From positions 49,772 to 113,771 of the forward strand of contig CAWCKG010000018.1 of NCBI GenBank assembly GCA_963795785.1: a DNA stretch of 64,000 nucleotides. The letters are read 5' to 3'. The notes below the pieces were generated by a model. It was not told where the DNA came from and did no database searches. It saw only the letters and a program-made list of their open reading frames with translations. Of the stretch, positions 61,783 through 64,000 are shown piece by piece. Position 1 is the first letter of the stretch, and every line of letters starts with the position of its first letter. The translations under genes were made by a program, and so were the position numbers. Origin of the DNA: an uncultured Actinomycetes bacterium (GTDB taxonomy: Bacteria; Actinomycetota; Actinomycetes; Streptosporangiales; Streptosporangiaceae).

Positions 61783-62931
61783 ATGGCCGCTCCCTCCGTC
61801 GTTTCGCCACCCACCGCCGATCAGGTGACTGCCGCCCTGGCCAGGGTCAACGACCCTGAGATCCACCGCCCCATCACCGATCTCGGCATGGTGAAGAGCG
61901 TCGAGGTCGCGCCCGATGGCAAGGTACGGGTCGAGGTGTATCTCACCGTGGCCGGCTGCCCGCTCCGCGAGACCATCACCAAGGACGTCACCGCCGCCGT
62001 GGCCGGCGTCCCCGGCGTGTCCGGGGTGGACGTGCACCTGGACGTGATGAGCGAGGAGCAGCGCCGGGAACTGACCGGCCGGCTCCGGGGCGGCCGGGCC
62101 GAGCGCGCCATCCCGTTCGCCGAGCCCGCCTCGCTGACCCGCGTGTACGCCGTGGCCAGCGGGAAGGGCGGCGTCGGCAAGTCCTCGGTGACGGTGAACC
62201 TGGCCGCCGCGCTGGCTGCCGCCGGGCAGAAGGTCGGCGTACTCGACGCGGACATCTACGGTCACTCGATCCCGCGCATGCTGGGCGTGACCGGGCAGCC
62301 CACCCAGGTGGAGCAGATGATGATGCCGCCGTCGGCGCACGGCGTGAAGGTGATCTCGATCGGCATGTTCACCACCGGCAACACTCCGGTGGTGTGGCGC
62401 GGGCCGATGCTGCACCGCGCGGTGCAGCAGTTCCTCGCCGACGTGTACTGGGGCGACCTGGACGTGCTGCTGATGGACCTGCCGCCCGGCACCGGCGACG
62501 TGGCCATCTCGGTCGCGCAACTGGTGCCCACCGCGGAACTGCTGGTGGTCACCACGCCTCAGCTCGCCGCGTCGGAGGTGGCGGAGCGGGCCGGCGCGCT
62601 CGCCGTGCAGACCCATCAGCGGATCGCGGGCGTGATCGAGAACATGTCGGGCCTGCCCTGCCCGCACTGCGGCGAGATGCTCGACGTGTTCGGCACCGGC
62701 GGCGGCCAGGCCGTCGCGGCGGCGCTCACCCGGATCACCGGAGCGCCGGTGCCCATCCTGGGACAGGTGCCGATCGATCCACGGCTGCGCCAGGGCGGTG
62801 ACGAGGGGCTACCCCTGGTGCTCAGCGACCCGGACGCGCCCGCGGCCCAGCAGATCGCGGCCGTCGCACAGGCGCTGGCCAGCAGGTCACGCGGGCTGGC
62901 CGGGCGGCGCCTGGGCCTGACCCCGGCGTAG
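61783..62931 (+). CDS. mrp: Fe-S cluster carrier ATPase Mrp/ApbC
   Basis: An N-terminal DUF59-like region (VNDPEIHRPITDLGMV) is followed by the deviant Walker A ASGKGGVGKSS and the CPHCG motif. Confidence 0.93.
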   Translation: MAAPSVVSPPTADQVTAALARVNDPEIHRPITDLGMVKSVEVAPDGKVRVEVYLTVAGCPLRETITKDVTAAVAGVPGVSGVDVHLDVMSEEQRRELTGRLRGGRAERAIPFAEPASLTRVYAVASGKGGVGKSSVTVNLAAALAAAGQKVGVLDADIYGHSIPRMLGVTGQPTQVEQMMMPPSAHGVKVISIGMFTTGNTPVVWRGPMLHRAVQQFLADVYWGDLDVLLMDLPPGTGDVAISVAQLVPTAELLVVTTPQLAASEVAERAGALAVQTHQRIAGVIENMSGLPCPHCGEMLDVFGTGGGQAVAAALTRITGAPVPILGQVPIDPRLRQGGDEGLPLVLSDPDAPAAQQIAAVAQALASRSRGLAGRRLGLTPA

Positions 62932-62942
62932 TTCTCCTGGGC

Positions 62943-63291
62943 TCAGGTGGCCTCGGAGTCGTAGGGCGGGGATTCGCCCGGCGGGAGCGTCGTGCTGGAG
63001 GTAGGGCGCCGAGGCCGCCTGGTCCGCCTCGCTGAGGACGGGATCCGCCTCGAACTCGTCAAGCAGGTGCTTGCGGACGAACGTGCGCGGGTTGAGGTCG
63101 GCGAGGTCGAAGTCCGCGAACTCGGGGCCCAGCCCTTCCGTCAGGTCGCGCTGGGCACCTTCGGCCAGCCGGCGCAGCTCCCGCAGGGTGCGGCCCGCCT
63201 GGGCGGCGACCTTGGGCAGCTGATCCGGCCCGAAGATCACGATGGCGAGCACCAGCAGCACCGCGATCTTGGTGAGGGACAGGTCAAACAC
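62943..63291 (-). CDS. tatB: Sec-independent translocase component TatB (frameshift near 62990)
   Basis: Starts at GTG 63291: MFDLSLTKIAVLLVLAIVIFGPDQLPKVA. The likely true C-terminus is TLPPGESPPYDSEAT*, read in another frame. Confidence 0.85.
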
Positions 63292-63359
63292 AGGGCGTCT
63301 CCAGGCGAGCGACCGGCGCGTGCGCGCACGGTGCCTTCACTCTAGACCACCTGCCCTGG

Positions 63360-64000
63360 TCACGGGGTCAGCCAGGACAGCAGCCGGTGTGCGCCCTGCC
63401 GCATCCGGGCGAGCAGCCCGGGGCTGCCGTCGTGCGGCAGGGCCGCGACGACCTGCGCCACGGTCTGCGGGGGCGCCGCCGCGACCAGGGTGTACACGAA
63501 GCCGTGCGCCGACCACACGAAGGTCTGCCCGTCGGAGTCGTCGGCGTAGACCGGGCTGCCCTGCAGCGCCACCCGCGACCAGCCGGTCAGCCGGGACCGG
63601 AGGTGACCGCGCTGGAGGAATACCGAGACCAGCGACAGCCCGTCGGAGTAGTCCAGGTCCACCACCGGCCCGGTGGCGGTGTCGTCCTCCCGCGCGCCGA
63701 GCAGCGCCAGGTCGCCGGGCAGCCGCCCGGGCAGCGGCCAGCCCCGGGCACGCAACCGGGCCGGGCGGGCGGTGACCCATTGCCGCGGCGCGGTCACCGC
63801 CGACCGGGCGGCCGGGGCGGACCCCACGGTCAGCGCGGCGAAGGTGGCGTCGCTGACCAGGTGGCCCCGCCCGTCGAACGTCTCCCGCTGCAGCGGCAGC
63901 AGGGTGAGCTTGTCCAGCCAGAACCGGGCGGCCAGCATGCCGTCGGGCCGGACAGCGGTGACCACCCGTGCCAGGCGGCCGGCCACCTGCCCCCAGCCCA
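63360..64000 (-). CDS. MucB/RseB-like C-terminal-domain protein (N-terminus beyond the right edge)
   Basis: ORF 63360..63986 is open to the window end. Its position next to tatB matches the actinobacterial sigE/rseA/htrA/tatB neighbourhood. The family call has moderate support. Confidence 0.5.
   Translation of the reverse strand, partial: GWGQVAGRLARVVTAVRPDGMLAARFWLDKLTLLPLQRETFDGRGHLVSDATFAALTVGSAPAARSAVTAPRQWVTARPARLRARGWPLPGRLPGDLALLGAREDDTATGPVVDLDYSDGLSLVSVFLQRGHLRSRLTGWSRVALQGSPVYADDSDGQTFVWSAHGFVYTLVAAAPPQTVAQVVAALPHDGSPGLLARMRQGAHRLLSWLTP

Noticed and set aside
1-64000. Interpreting the many interrupted genes as genuine pseudogenes (reductive evolution).
   Set aside because: Essential genes are hit, the sequence on both sides of each break remains well conserved, and there are no accumulated nonsense codons. 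The one exception is the truncated phosphoesterase at 61019-61690. Sequencing or assembly indels are the more parsimonious explanation, pending read-level checks.

Overview
By eye this is a very GC-rich actinobacterial chromosomal segment, and most of it is core genome. Recognisable conserved blocks:
- A minus-strand run: acetoacetyl-CoA synthetase, kynA, a large NAD-glutamate dehydrogenase, prfB, ftsE, ftsX, smpB, a PBP-like gene and tmRNA.
- A block syntenic with mycobacterial Rv3208-Rv3211: TetR, DUF3107 (TB9.4-like), a ferritin-like protein and the DEAD-box helicase rhlE.
- An mrp / tatB / RseB-like block at the right edge.

The left 13 kb looks like a catabolic cluster: a TetR regulator, FAD oxidoreductases, an ADP-forming acyl-CoA synthetase, an acyl-CoA dehydrogenase, a Rieske oxygenase and two YVTN beta-propeller proteins. 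Its promoters share a GACTG-N6-CAGTC palindrome.

The only clearly accessory patch is 44.9-48.8 kb. It holds 21-bp tandem repeats, a repeat-expanded DUF222/HNH (REP13E12-like) gene, an almost pure A/G tract, an IS630-like remnant and a second HNH fragment.

Most unusual observations:
1. The polypurine island.
2. An RF2 whose SPF tripeptide reads SKY.
3. A PBP-like protein in the ftsEX-smpB operon with all three catalytic motifs lost.
4. A two-copy structured intergenic element.

No complete, obviously novel multi-gene system (such as a defence island) is visible.

Caveat: I count about 40 apparent frameshifts, including in essential genes. They are most likely indel errors in the sequence, so many CDS coordinates span more than one reading frame.
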